Positions 21,123 through 30,072 of a stretch of 64,000 nt of DNA are shown here, one piece after another. The first letter of the stretch is position 1; every line of letters begins with the position of its first letter. The translations under genes were made by a program, and so were the position numbers. The notes below the pieces were generated by a model. The model saw only the letters and a program-made list of their open reading frames with translations, ran no database searches and had not been told where the DNA came from. This DNA is from Mycobacteriales bacterium (GTDB lineage: Bacteria > Actinomycetota > Actinomycetes > Mycobacteriales > JACQDL01): assembly GCA_035476575.1 (NCBI GenBank), contig DATILL010000074.1, forward strand, positions 10,073 to 74,072, read 5' to 3'.

Positions 21123-21818
21123 CTAGGAGACGAGGCGGATGATGCCGTAGTCGTAGCCCTTACGTCGGTAGACGACACTGGGCCGGCTGCAGTCGGCGTC
21201 GAAGAACAGGAAGAAGTCGTGGCCGACCAGCTCCATCTCCAACAGGGCCTGGTCGATCGTCATGGGTTTGGCCGGATGCTCCTTCTCCCGCACCACCCGG
21301 CCGGGCAGGTGCTCGTCCAGGACGTCGGCGTACGGGTCATCCATGCTCCCGGCGTCGAGGCCAATGTGGTCATTGCCAGTGCGGTCCATGCCGGTGGGGT
21401 CGATGCCACCGGCATCGATGGCGGTGGTCGAGAGGGTGCCCGGCGCCGCCGCCACGCCGTTCAGGTCCAGCTCGCCGGTCGCCGCCGCGACCGAGACCGG
21501 GGTGCGGCTGCCATGGTGCACCCGGCGCCGGTCGTGAACCCGACGGAACCGGTTCGCCAGCTTGACGATGGCGGCATCCAGGGCGCTGTAGAAATCGGCG
21601 GCGGAGGCCTCCGCACGGATGACCGGGCCGCGGGACTTGCAGGTGATCTCGACTCGTTGACAAGAGCTCGACTGGCGGGGGTTCCGTTCGTGGTGGAGCT
21701 CCACATCCACCCGGATGACCTTGTGGTCGTAGCGTTCGATACGGGAGAGCTTGTCCGAGACATGTTGCCGGTAATGCTCCGGCACCTCGACGTTGCGCCC
21801 CCTCACGACAATATCCAT
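21123..21818 (-). CDS. hpf: Ribosome hibernation promoting factor, long form
   Basis: N-terminal S30AE domain MDIVVRGRNVEVPEHYRQHV and C-terminal dimerisation domain KPMTIDQALLEMELVGHDFFLF. ATG 21818 is preceded by GGAGG. Confidence 0.9.
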   Translation of the reverse strand: MDIVVRGRNVEVPEHYRQHVSDKLSRIERYDHKVIRVDVELHHERNPRQSSSCQRVEITCKSRGPVIRAEASAADFYSALDAAIVKLANRFRRVHDRRRVHHGSRTPVSVAAATGELDLNGVAAAPGTLSTTAIDAGGIDPTGMDRTGNDHIGLDAGSMDDPYADVLDEHLPGRVVREKEHPAKPMTIDQALLEMELVGHDFFLFFDADCSRPSVVYRRKGYDYGIIRLVS

Positions 21819-21958
21819 GCGACCTCCAGCTAGCTTGGGCACCCGCCAGTCATACCCGATCGCGAGACCAGGAAAGCCCGACCGGTCGCCTCTCCTCCCT
21901 GGGTCCTCTGACGCTAGACCAGGAAGCGCTCGCAAAACAGCCCTTCCACTCGGCCATG

Positions 21959-22756
21959 TCAACGATTACGTTGGGTAGCCGCCACCACCGCAGCGGCCGC
22001 GACCCGGACCCCGGCCATGTGGAGCACGGTAGCTGCCTCGGCCACCGTGGCGCCGGTCGTTATCAGGTCATCTACGATGACGACGACCGAGCCCGGTGGC
22101 CGGGTCGCGAGCCAGGCCGAACACGCTCTGTGTACGACGAAGGCTCCAGCTCGGGCCACCCGGCGGTCTGCGGCCGACAGCGCCGCAGCGTCCACCGTGG
22201 CCGGGGTCGGCCGCAGCGCCGGGCACAGCACGGCCGGCTGGGTGAGCCCTCGCGCCGCAGCCGTTGCCAGTTGCGGCAGGGCCGCGGCCGCGAGCCGGCG
22301 GACGTGGTCGCCGCCGCGGCGCCGGGCCACCGGCCGGCCGGACGGGATCGGCACCAGCACCACCTCTCCGCCCGACCCGCCCCCAGCCGTCCCAACCGTC
22401 TCAGCCGCCCCAGCCGCCCCGATGGCACTGCCGGCACGGCCCGCCCCGCCGGCCAGCGCGGACCACACCGCGAGGCCCAGCCCGGCCGCGAGCGGCGCGG
22501 TCAGGTCCCGCCGGTTGCGCTCCTTGTAGCTGATCAGCGCGGTCCGCACCGCCCCGTCGTACGTCGCGGTCGCCCACACCGGCGGCAGCCCGGCCGGTCG
22601 CGGGCTGGGCACCTGCCGGGCCGCCGGCCCACGCAGCGGCGCGCCGCACGGCGGGCACAGCGCCGCCCCGGCCGCACCACAGGACACGCAGCACGACGGC
22701 AGGACGAGCTGGGCGACGGCACCGAACATCCGCCCACAGTGCCGCAACCCGGCCAT
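21959..22756 (-). CDS. ComF-family protein (phosphoribosyltransferase domain)
   Basis: N-terminal zinc-finger-like CCVSCG...CPPCG and the C-terminal PRTase motif VVVIVDDLITTGATV. Start is uncertain (ATG 22756 or 22729); the track start 23098 lies inside lpqB. Confidence 0.75.
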   Translation of the reverse strand: MAGLRHCGRMFGAVAQLVLPSCCVSCGAAGAALCPPCGAPLRGPAARQVPSPRPAGLPPVWATATYDGAVRTALISYKERNRRDLTAPLAAGLGLAVWSALAGGAGRAGSAIGAAGAAETVGTAGGGSGGEVVLVPIPSGRPVARRRGGDHVRRLAAAALPQLATAAARGLTQPAVLCPALRPTPATVDAAALSAADRRVARAGAFVVHRACSAWLATRPPGSVVVIVDDLITTGATVAEAATVLHMAGVRVAAAAVVAATQRNR

Positions 22757-22839
22757 CGCCCGCAGCGACCTGTGGACAGCCTCCGGCCGGGGCCGCCGTA
22801 CCCCGCCGATCCTGTGGACAGCGGTGCCGGAACGGCCGG

Positions 22840-24693
22840 TCAGCCCGGGTACGCCGGGGACCGGCCGCCGGTGGCGACCTTGGAAAGCCACTCGCCGCCG
22901 CCGTACACCCAGATCGAGCCGTCGTTGAGCGCGACCAGCGGAAGCTGCGGGGACGCCGCGGTGATTGACACCGCCGGGCCGGGCAGCTCCGCCATCTGGG
23001 TCAGCCCGTACTCCGAGCCGTCGGCCGGCACCTGCCACGCGGCCAGTGCGCCGTTGCCCGCCCTGGCCAGCACCGCCAGCGTGCCGGCGGAGTCCCACGC
23101 GACGTCGCGAACGTCGGTGAGCGTCCGGCTGGCCGGCAGCAGGCCGTCGACCAGGATGCTGCGCTGGAGGGTGTCCGGGTCGACCGTGATGATCACCCGG
23201 CCGACGTACAGCCGGCCGCCGGCCAGCACGGCCGCCCGGGTGCCGTCCCGGGAGAGCTGCAGTGCCCCCACCTGCCCGAACCGTGCATCGTCGCCGAGCC
23301 GCAGGGAGACCTCGACGGCCCGCTCCACGCCGTCACCCGGCGGGGCCACGCCGCTCGCGGTGAACCGGACCACCGGGCAGGCCTGCTGCCTGAGCTGGAC
23401 GGCCGGGCAGCCGTCCGGCACCGTCCAGAACCGGCCTTCGAGCGGATCCCAGGTCGGCCGGGTCAGGCTGGCGACCCGGCCGAGGCCGGCATCGGGCAGG
23501 TTCACCACCCGCAGGTCGCCCGGGCCGGCGTACAGCGTCGGCCGGGACGGGCCGAGGCTGATCGCGGCGATCTGCCGCTGGTCGCCGGACACCGCGAGGG
23601 AGTCCAGGCCCAGCCTGCCGCTGCCTGCCCGGCCGGGCAGCGCGCGGCCGCCGAGAAGGGCGACCCCGCCGGCACGCAGGTAGTATGCGGGCAGCGCCAC
23701 CGGCCCGTAGCCGCCGAAGTCGGCGGCCCGCACCAGCCGGTTGGCCTGGGTCTCCGGCGTGTTGACCGGCTGGCCGTCGCTGGTGACCTGCACCCCGGTC
23801 ACGCCCACCTGGGTGCCGGTGAGGGTCCAGGCGAGCTGGGCCAACGCCTGCCGGCGCTGGTCGACCGTGCGCAGGCCGTTTAGGCCCGACACGTCGAGGC
23901 GCAGCACCCCGTCGGCACCGGACTCCACCTTGCCCAGTGCCAGCGGCGCGCCGAGCGCGTTGACCACCGCGGGGCCGAGCCAGGTCGACGGTCCGTCCTG
24001 GAGCGCCTGGGCGAGCCGGCCGGGCAGCGTGCTCGGGGTGTGCAGGGTGCGCGAGTCGTACGGCAGGTAGCGTGGGTCGGGCACCAGCCGGTTGCCGACC
24101 GGCGCCAGGAAGTACAGCAGGTACGGCCGGTAGACCTGGGCGAACGTCGCCTGGTCTAGCAGCACCCCGGCGTCCGGGGGGAGCCTGCTGATCCGCCATT
24201 CGCCGTTGACCCGCTGGAGCTGCAGAGCCCAGGTGACCTTGACCGGGTCGCGGGCTGGCAGCGCGGAGTAGCTGCCGTCCGAGTTAACCACGCCCAGTTG
24301 GCGGAACGTCAGCCACACCCGGTCGGCGGCGTCCGGCTGGCTGATCTCGGGCGTGTTGGCGGCCACCACCACCCGCACGTCGTCCCGCCAGCCCGCCGCC
24401 GCGTCCGCGGTGAGGTACCGCCTGGCCTGCTCGTGGGCGTGCCGCCAGGCCTCCTGGGCATGCAGGAAGTCGCGCACGATCTCGTACTCGCTTGCCTGGC
24501 TGCGCGGCGGTGGGATGTCGACCTGGATCTCGGGGTCGTCCCGCACCGGATCGTCGCGCGGCAGCTCACGCAGCGCGGTCGCCGGCGAGCTCTGCGGCAA
24601 CGACGTGCAGCCAGCGGCTACCGGCGCGATGGCCACCAGCGCGACCGCCGCCCACCCGGCCAGCCGGACGCTGCTCGAGCCGCGGCGGGTCAC
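22840..24693 (-). CDS. lpqB: LpqB-family lipoprotein (beta-propeller domain)
   Basis: Follows mtrB with a GTGA overlap (24690-24693). Has a signal peptide with lipobox VAAGC. This is the third gene of the mtrA-mtrB-lpqB order. Confidence 0.85.
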   Translation of the reverse strand: MTRRGSSSVRLAGWAAVALVAIAPVAAGCTSLPQSSPATALRELPRDDPVRDDPEIQVDIPPPRSQASEYEIVRDFLHAQEAWRHAHEQARRYLTADAAAGWRDDVRVVVAANTPEISQPDAADRVWLTFRQLGVVNSDGSYSALPARDPVKVTWALQLQRVNGEWRISRLPPDAGVLLDQATFAQVYRPYLLYFLAPVGNRLVPDPRYLPYDSRTLHTPSTLPGRLAQALQDGPSTWLGPAVVNALGAPLALGKVESGADGVLRLDVSGLNGLRTVDQRRQALAQLAWTLTGTQVGVTGVQVTSDGQPVNTPETQANRLVRAADFGGYGPVALPAYYLRAGGVALLGGRALPGRAGSGRLGLDSLAVSGDQRQIAAISLGPSRPTLYAGPGDLRVVNLPDAGLGRVASLTRPTWDPLEGRFWTVPDGCPAVQLRQQACPVVRFTASGVAPPGDGVERAVEVSLRLGDDARFGQVGALQLSRDGTRAAVLAGGRLYVGRVIITVDPDTLQRSILVDGLLPASRTLTDVRDVAWDSAGTLAVLARAGNGALAAWQVPADGSEYGLTQMAELPGPAVSITAASPQLPLVALNDGSIWVYGGGEWLSKVATGGRSPAYPG

Positions 24694-26426
24694 GGTGCGG
24701 ACAGCTCCTCGGGCGTCGGGCGCTCGGCCGGCGGCCGGGCCGAGGCCAACGGGCGGGCCTGGACGGTCGGGGGACGCTGCGGCGAGGGCAGGTCCGGCGG
24801 CACGACCGGCAACGGCGACCGGGTCAGCCACTCGCCCGGCCGGATCGGCAGGGTCAGCCGGAACTGCGCGCCCACGCCAGGCTGGCCCCACGCATGCAGC
24901 CAGCCACCGTGCAGCCGGGCGTCCTCCAGGCTGATGGCCAGCCCGAGCCCGGTGCCGCCGGTCCGCCGGTTGCGGGACGGGTCGGCCCGCCAGAACCGGT
25001 CGAACACCAGCCCCGCCTCGCCCGGCCGCAGCCCCACCCCCCGGTCACGGACGGTGATAGCCACCCCGGCATCGCCCCGGGCCAGCGTCACGTCCACCGG
25101 GCGGCCCTCGCCGTGCTCCAGCGCGTTGCCGAGCAGGTTGCGCAGGATCCGTTCCACCCGGCGCGGGTCCACCTCGGCCACCGCGGGCTCCGCCGGCAGG
25201 TTGAGCCGCAGCCGGCTGCCGTGCCGGGCGGCCAGCGCCGAGGTCGCCTCGGTGACCCGGTGGACCAGCGCCCCCAGGTCCACCGGCTCGGCCTCCAGCG
25301 CTGCCACCCCGGCGTCGTACCGGCTGATCTCCAGCAGGTCGGCCAGCAGCGCCTCGAACCGGCCCAGCTCGGCGTGCAGCAGCTCGGTCGAGCGGGCCAC
25401 CTCGGGTGGGAACTCGTCGCGGTGCGCGTGCAGCACGTCGGCCGCCATCCGGACCGTGGTCAACGGCGTGCGCAGCTCGTGCGACACGTCGGAGGTGAAC
25501 CGCCGCTGCAGCCGGGACATCTCCTCCAGCTTGGTGATCTGCCGCTGCAGGCTGTCCGCCATCTCGTTGAACGAGCGGGCGAGCACCGCCAGGTCGTCCT
25601 CGCCGCTGACCTGCATCCGCTCCTCCAGCCTGCCCTCGGCCAGCCGGTGCGCGGTCACCGCCGCCAGCCGCACCGGCCCGACCACCAGCCGGGTGACCAG
25701 CACGGCCATCATCGCCACCAGCAGCATCAGGCTGAGGCCGGCCAGCAGCACGGTGCGCTGCACCAGCGCCAGGGCCCGTCCCTCGGAGGTCAGCGGGAAG
25801 AAGTAGTACAGCTCGATCGGCTGCTGCTGGGCGAAGACCTGGGTGCCCAGGATCAGGCCGCTGGTCTGGCTGCCGTCGACGTTGACGATCTGCCCGTAGG
25901 CGGAGGCCGGGTGGTTGTCCTGCACGATCGCGCGCAGGTCCGCCGGGATGCTGCGCGGGACCTGGGTCCGGCTCGTGGTGGTGCTCCAGACCTGACCCTG
26001 CCGGTCGACGGCGGCGATGTCGAACACGCCAGCCGGGCTGCTCTGCTGGGAGAGCTGGGTGAGCACCCGCCGGACCGTCGCGGACAGCGCGTCCTGGTTG
26101 CTCTCGTCGACGATCTTCAACTGGGACTTGGCCAGGTCTACCCGGCTGCGCACGTCCTGCTCGGCCGCGCTCTTCTTGTCGTCCAGCAGGCCGCTGCTGA
26201 TCTGGTGCAGCAGGACGACGCCGAGCAGCAAGGCGAGCAGGCCGGTCAGCACCGCCACGGTCGTCGCCACCCGGAGCTGCAGCGACCGGCGCCAGCGGTG
26301 CAGCACGGCCGGTCCCAGCGGGCGGACCCGGTCCGCCAGCCGCCGGGCGGCGCTGGCCGCGCGGCGCACCGGCCGGGGCCTGGCTGGCCGGGATCTCACC
26401 GGCTGCTGTTCATCGGTTCGGCTCAT
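24690..26426 (-). CDS. mtrB: Sensor histidine kinase MtrB
   Basis: Two TM helices, a HAMP segment, the H-box FTSDVSHELRTPLT and the HATPase motifs NLLGNALEH / DRGVGL / GTGLGLAI. Sits downstream of mtrA. Confidence 0.9.
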   Translation of the reverse strand: MSRTDEQQPVRSRPARPRPVRRAASAARRLADRVRPLGPAVLHRWRRSLQLRVATTVAVLTGLLALLLGVVLLHQISSGLLDDKKSAAEQDVRSRVDLAKSQLKIVDESNQDALSATVRRVLTQLSQQSSPAGVFDIAAVDRQGQVWSTTTSRTQVPRSIPADLRAIVQDNHPASAYGQIVNVDGSQTSGLILGTQVFAQQQPIELYYFFPLTSEGRALALVQRTVLLAGLSLMLLVAMMAVLVTRLVVGPVRLAAVTAHRLAEGRLEERMQVSGEDDLAVLARSFNEMADSLQRQITKLEEMSRLQRRFTSDVSHELRTPLTTVRMAADVLHAHRDEFPPEVARSTELLHAELGRFEALLADLLEISRYDAGVAALEAEPVDLGALVHRVTEATSALAARHGSRLRLNLPAEPAVAEVDPRRVERILRNLLGNALEHGEGRPVDVTLARGDAGVAITVRDRGVGLRPGEAGLVFDRFWRADPSRNRRTGGTGLGLAISLEDARLHGGWLHAWGQPGVGAQFRLTLPIRPGEWLTRSPLPVVPPDLPSPQRPPTVQARPLASARPPAERPTPEELSAP

Positions 26427-26429
26427 GGG

Positions 26430-27107
26430 CTACGGCGGCCCGGCCTTGTAGCCCACGCCGCGCACGGTCAGCACGATCTTCGGGTGCTCCGGGTCGACCT
26501 CGATCTTCGAGCGCAGCCGCTGGACGTGCACGTTGACCAGCCGGGTGTCGGCCTGGTGCCGGTAGCCCCACACCTGCTCCAGCAGCACCTCGCGGGTGAA
26601 GACCTGGCGGGGCTTACGGGCCAGTGCGACCAGCAGGTCGAACTCCAACGGCGTCAGCGACACCTCCTCGCCGCCGCGGACGACCTGATGGCCGGGCACG
26701 TCGATGCTCACCTCGCCGATCGCCAGCAGCTCGGCGGGCGGCTCCTCGGCCCGCCGCAGCCGGGCTCGCATCCGGGCGATCAGCTCCTTGGGCTTGAACG
26801 GCTTGACGACGTAGTCGTCGGCGCCGGACTCCAGCCCGAGCACGACGTCGACCGTGTCGCTCTTGGCGGTGAGCATGATCACCGGGGCGCCGGACTCCAG
26901 CCGGATCGCCCGGCAGACGTCGATGCCGCTCATCCCGGGCAACATGAGGTCGAGCAGCACGATGTCCGGCTTGAAGTCCCGGTAGGCCTGCACCGCCTTC
27001 GCCCCGTCCGCCACGAACGCCGGCTCGAACCCCTCGCCGCGCAGCACGATCCCCAGCATCTCGGCCAGCGCCGGGTCGTCGTCGACCACCAGCACGCGAG
27101 CCCTCAT
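26430..27107 (-). CDS. mtrA: OmpR-family response regulator MtrA
   Basis: MRARVLVVDDDPALAEMLGIVLRGEGFE...DIVLLDLMLPGMSGIDVCR, with a winged-helix C-terminus ending VRGVGYKAGPP. GGAGG precedes ATG 27107; the rest of track ORF 26430..28136 is an over-extension. Confidence 0.92.
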   Translation of the reverse strand: MRARVLVVDDDPALAEMLGIVLRGEGFEPAFVADGAKAVQAYRDFKPDIVLLDLMLPGMSGIDVCRAIRLESGAPVIMLTAKSDTVDVVLGLESGADDYVVKPFKPKELIARMRARLRRAEEPPAELLAIGEVSIDVPGHQVVRGGEEVSLTPLEFDLLVALARKPRQVFTREVLLEQVWGYRHQADTRLVNVHVQRLRSKIEVDPEHPKIVLTVRGVGYKAGPP

Positions 27108-27146
27108 GCGGCCTCCTTCATCCACCCATCGTGGCACGATGGCGCC

Positions 27147-28151
27147 GTGAGCGAGGTCGACTGGGCAACTCCGGGTGGCCGGGTGGCCGCCCCACCAGCC
27201 TCGACCGGCGCTGGATCCGAGGCGGTGCTGCTGGGCGCCGTACCGCTGGGCGCCGTACCGCTGGGCGCCGGGGCGGACCGGGCCGGGCTGAGCCCCGGGG
27301 GGATCCCGCTGCGGCCGCTGTCGGCCGGCGAGGTGCTGGACGGCACGTTCGCGACCATCCGGCGCAACCCGCGAACCGTGCTCGGCCTGTCCGCGATCTT
27401 CGTGACCGTGCAGCAGGTGGTCACCCTGGCTGCCCAGGCGCTCACCGGACAGTTGCCCACGCCGGTCCTGACCGTCCGGCAGGGCTCCTCGGCCGAGCTC
27501 GGCGCCACCGCGACCGGCCTGCTCGGCTACGTGCTGGCGGCGGTCATCGGCGCGGTGCTGACCGGGATGGTCGTCGTGGTGGTCACCGAGGACGTGCTCG
27601 GCCGGCGCAGCGACATGAGGCAGGTGTGGCGGCGGGTCAGGCCCCGGCTGTGGGCGCTGCTCGGCGCCGCGGTGCTGGCTGGGGCGCTGCCGTACGCGGG
27701 GCTGGTGCTGCTGGTGGCGCCGGGTGTCCTGCTGTGGGGCGGCTGGGCGCTGACCACCCCGGCGCTGATCGTGGAGAGGCTCGGGCCGGTCCGCGCGCTG
27801 CGCCGGTCCTGGCGGCTGGCCTGGCCGGCGTTCGGCCGGGTCTGGGGCATCCGGGCGTTGTCCTGGCTGATCGGGCTGCTGCTGCAGGCCCTGCTGGTGC
27901 TGCCGTTCGTGGCCGCGGCCGCAGTGCTGGCCAACGCGCTGGGCACCGGCCCGAACGCGCCGCTGCCGCTGCCCGCGCTGGTCCTCACCGCCGTCGGCGG
28001 CGTCCTGGCCGGAACGGTCGTGGCGCCGTTCCAGGCGGGGGTGCTGGCACTGCTGTACGTCGACCGGCGGATGCGGGCCGAGGGGCTGGACATCGGCTGG
28101 CAGCGGCAGCTCACCCAGCGCCCGGCCCGGCCACATGGCCGGGTGGCGTGA
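27147..28151 (+). CDS. Polytopic membrane protein (5-6 TM helices), uncharacterised
   Basis: This is the C-terminal 334 codons of track ORF 24492..28151. Multiple hydrophobic helices. Putative GTG start at 27147. Its stop overlaps the next gene's start (GTGA). Confidence 0.65.
   Translation: MSEVDWATPGGRVAAPPASTGAGSEAVLLGAVPLGAVPLGAGADRAGLSPGGIPLRPLSAGEVLDGTFATIRRNPRTVLGLSAIFVTVQQVVTLAAQALTGQLPTPVLTVRQGSSAELGATATGLLGYVLAAVIGAVLTGMVVVVVTEDVLGRRSDMRQVWRRVRPRLWALLGAAVLAGALPYAGLVLLVAPGVLLWGGWALTTPALIVERLGPVRALRRSWRLAWPAFGRVWGIRALSWLIGLLLQALLVLPFVAAAAVLANALGTGPNAPLPLPALVLTAVGGVLAGTVVAPFQAGVLALLYVDRRMRAEGLDIGWQRQLTQRPARPHGRVA
27231..27271. repeat. In-frame 15-bp tandem repeat (2.7 copies, CTGGGCGCCGTACCG), encoding LGAVP LGAVP LGAG
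   Basis: Copies at 27231-27245 and 27246-27260 are identical; a partial third copy is at 27261-27271. Confidence 0.9.
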
Positions 28152-28810
28152 GCGCGCGCCTGGCCGCGGCTGCCTGGGCGGCGGGAGCAGCCTGGGCGGC
28201 GGCGCCGATCGACCGGGACTCGGCCCGCGAGGCGGCCGAGCGGGAGCTGTCCAAGGGCGCCTACCACGTCGACGACCCTGGCCTGCTGCGGCGGCTCGGC
28301 GAGCGGGCGCTGGACTGGCTGGACCAGCGGCTGGCCGACCTGACCGGGGTCACCCCGGGCGGGAGCGCGGGGCTGGTCGTGCTGGCGCTGGCCGCGGTCG
28401 CGCTGGCCTGGCTGGCGTTGTGGCGGCTTGGTCCGCTGCGCCGTACCCCGACCAGTGCCGCGGTGCTGCCGGCCGGCGACGGCGCGCTGTCCGCGGCAGG
28501 CTACCGGCGCCAGGCGGACGGGTTCGCGGCGGCTGGGCGGTACGCCGACGCGGTCCGGGCCCGGATGCGGGCCATCGCCCGGGAGCTGGAGGCGCGCGGG
28601 GTGCTCGAGCCCCGGGCCGGCCGGACCGCCGACGAGATCGCCCGGGAGGCCGGCGCGCAGGTGCCGGCGGTCGCCGGCCCGCTGCGGACCGCGGCGGCGC
28701 TCTTCGACGAGGTGTGGTACGGCGGCCGGCCCGCCACGGCCGGGCACGACGCGGCGCTGCGCCAGGCGGACGACGAGGTACGCCGGGCTCCGCTGGCGGC
28801 CGCCCGGTGA
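28148..28810 (+). CDS. DUF4129 domain-containing protein
   Basis: 220 aa with an N-terminal signal/TM region, a central TM helix and the C-terminal pattern ADEIAREAG...AAALFDEVWYGGRPA typical of DUF4129. GTGA overlaps on both sides. Confidence 0.65.
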   Translation: MSARLAAAAWAAGAAWAAAPIDRDSAREAAERELSKGAYHVDDPGLLRRLGERALDWLDQRLADLTGVTPGGSAGLVVLALAAVALAWLALWRLGPLRRTPTSAAVLPAGDGALSAAGYRRQADGFAAAGRYADAVRARMRAIARELEARGVLEPRAGRTADEIAREAGAQVPAVAGPLRTAAALFDEVWYGGRPATAGHDAALRQADDEVRRAPLAAAR

Positions 28811-29982
28811 CCTCGGCGGCGACCGGTGGGGCAGCCGGTGGGTCGGCCCGGACCGTCGTCGGGCCGTCCGCGCGGCAGGTCGGCCGGACCCTGTGGCTGC
28901 CGCTGCTGCTGGCCGGGGTGGTTCTCCTCGGGGCGCTGCTGATCGGGCTGGCCCGCACCCACGCGGCCCGCGGCGAGCTGGACCCGGACGCGGTCGACCG
29001 GGCCGGCAGCCGAGCGCTGCGGGTCCTGCTGGCGGACCGCGGCGTCCGGGTGCACCGGGCGACCACGGTGGACGACGCGGTCCGGCAGGCGGCGGGAGGT
29101 GCGGCTGTGCTGGTGCCGTTCCCGGCCCGGGTGCCGGCTGGTGGGCTGCGCCGGCTCGGCGACGCCGCGACCGCCCGGCTGGTGCTGGTCCGGCCGGACG
29201 CCATCGCGCTGCGTGAGCTGACCGGGGAGCTGCTGCCGGTCGGCGGGCTGCCAGTGGGCCCGCGACTGCCGGGCTGCGCGGACCCGGTCGCCCTGGCGGC
29301 CGGCGACGCCGACCTGGGCGGGCGGACGTACGGCGGCCCCGGCGCGCAACGACGCTGCTATGACGGGAGCCTGGTGTTCGGCCGGACCCGGGATGGCGGG
29401 CCGCTGGCGGTAGTGGGCACCGGGGCGCCGTTCCGGAACGACACCCTCGCCGGGCGGGGCAACGCGGCGCTGGCCCTGGGCCTGCTCGGCGGTGATGGCA
29501 GCGTGCGCGACCTGTGCTGGCTGATCCCCGGCCCCGGTGCGGCCGCGGGCGGCGGCGACGCCGGGCTGGTCGACCTGGTGCCGCCGTGGGTGCCGGCCGC
29601 CGCGCTGCAACTGCTGGCCGGCGGGCTGCTGGTGGTGCTGTGGCGGTCCCGCCGGCTTGGGCCGCCGGTCGGCGAGCCGCTGCCGGTCGTGGTGCGGGCC
29701 GCGGAGACGGTGGAGGGGCGGGCCCGGCTGTACCTGCGCGGCCAGGCGAGGGACCGGGCCGCCGACGCGCTGCGGTCCGGTGCGCTGGCCCGGATCGTGC
29801 CGCGGCTGCGGATGGGCGGGTCGCCGCCGGCCGAGGGGGTGGTGGCCGCCGTGGCAGCACGCACCGGCCGTCCTCCGGTGGAGGTGAGGGCGCTGCTGTA
29901 CGGTGCCCCGCCCGCCGACGACGTCCAGTTGGTCGCCCTCGCCGACGCCCTCGACGCGGTGGAGCACGCCGTCCTGCGCTGA
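28807..29982 (+). CDS. DUF4350 domain-containing membrane protein
   Basis: 391 aa with an N-terminal TM helix and a second TM helix near residue 270. Its position after the DUF4129 gene matches related actinobacterial clusters (from memory). Confidence 0.55.
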   Translation: MTSAATGGAAGGSARTVVGPSARQVGRTLWLPLLLAGVVLLGALLIGLARTHAARGELDPDAVDRAGSRALRVLLADRGVRVHRATTVDDAVRQAAGGAAVLVPFPARVPAGGLRRLGDAATARLVLVRPDAIALRELTGELLPVGGLPVGPRLPGCADPVALAAGDADLGGRTYGGPGAQRRCYDGSLVFGRTRDGGPLAVVGTGAPFRNDTLAGRGNAALALGLLGGDGSVRDLCWLIPGPGAAAGGGDAGLVDLVPPWVPAAALQLLAGGLLVVLWRSRRLGPPVGEPLPVVVRAAETVEGRARLYLRGQARDRAADALRSGALARIVPRLRMGGSPPAEGVVAAVAARTGRPPVEVRALLYGAPPADDVQLVALADALDAVEHAVLR

Positions 29983-29998
29983 CCCACCCTGTCGCGCC

Positions 29999-30054
29999 GA
30001 TCATCGAGCTATCGGGGCTTTTAGAGATCATTTAGCCCCACTAGCTCGATGGTC
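29999..30054. terminator. AT-rich nested hairpin between convergent genes (candidate bidirectional terminator)
   Basis: Outer arms are GATCATCGAGCTA (29999-30011) and TAGCTCGATGGTC (30042-30054), 12/13 complementary. The inner stem is GGGGCT/AGCCCC around an AT-rich loop TTTAGAGATCATTT. Confidence 0.5.
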
Positions 30055-30072
30055 GTCGGGTAGGGCGACGGG

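Noticed and set aside
24492-27146. N-terminal 885 codons of the 1219-aa plus-strand ORF spanning mtrB/mtrA.
   Set aside because: This part is antisense to mtrB and mtrA. Only the last 334 codons (27147-28151) show membrane-protein character and independent coding signal.
27527-30031. 834-aa minus-strand ORF, and the 568-aa extension of mtrA (to 28136), opposite the membrane/DUF4129/DUF4350 genes.
   Set aside because: The composition is R/P/A-rich shadow frame. The plus-strand genes are linked by GTGA overlaps and have TM and domain patterns.
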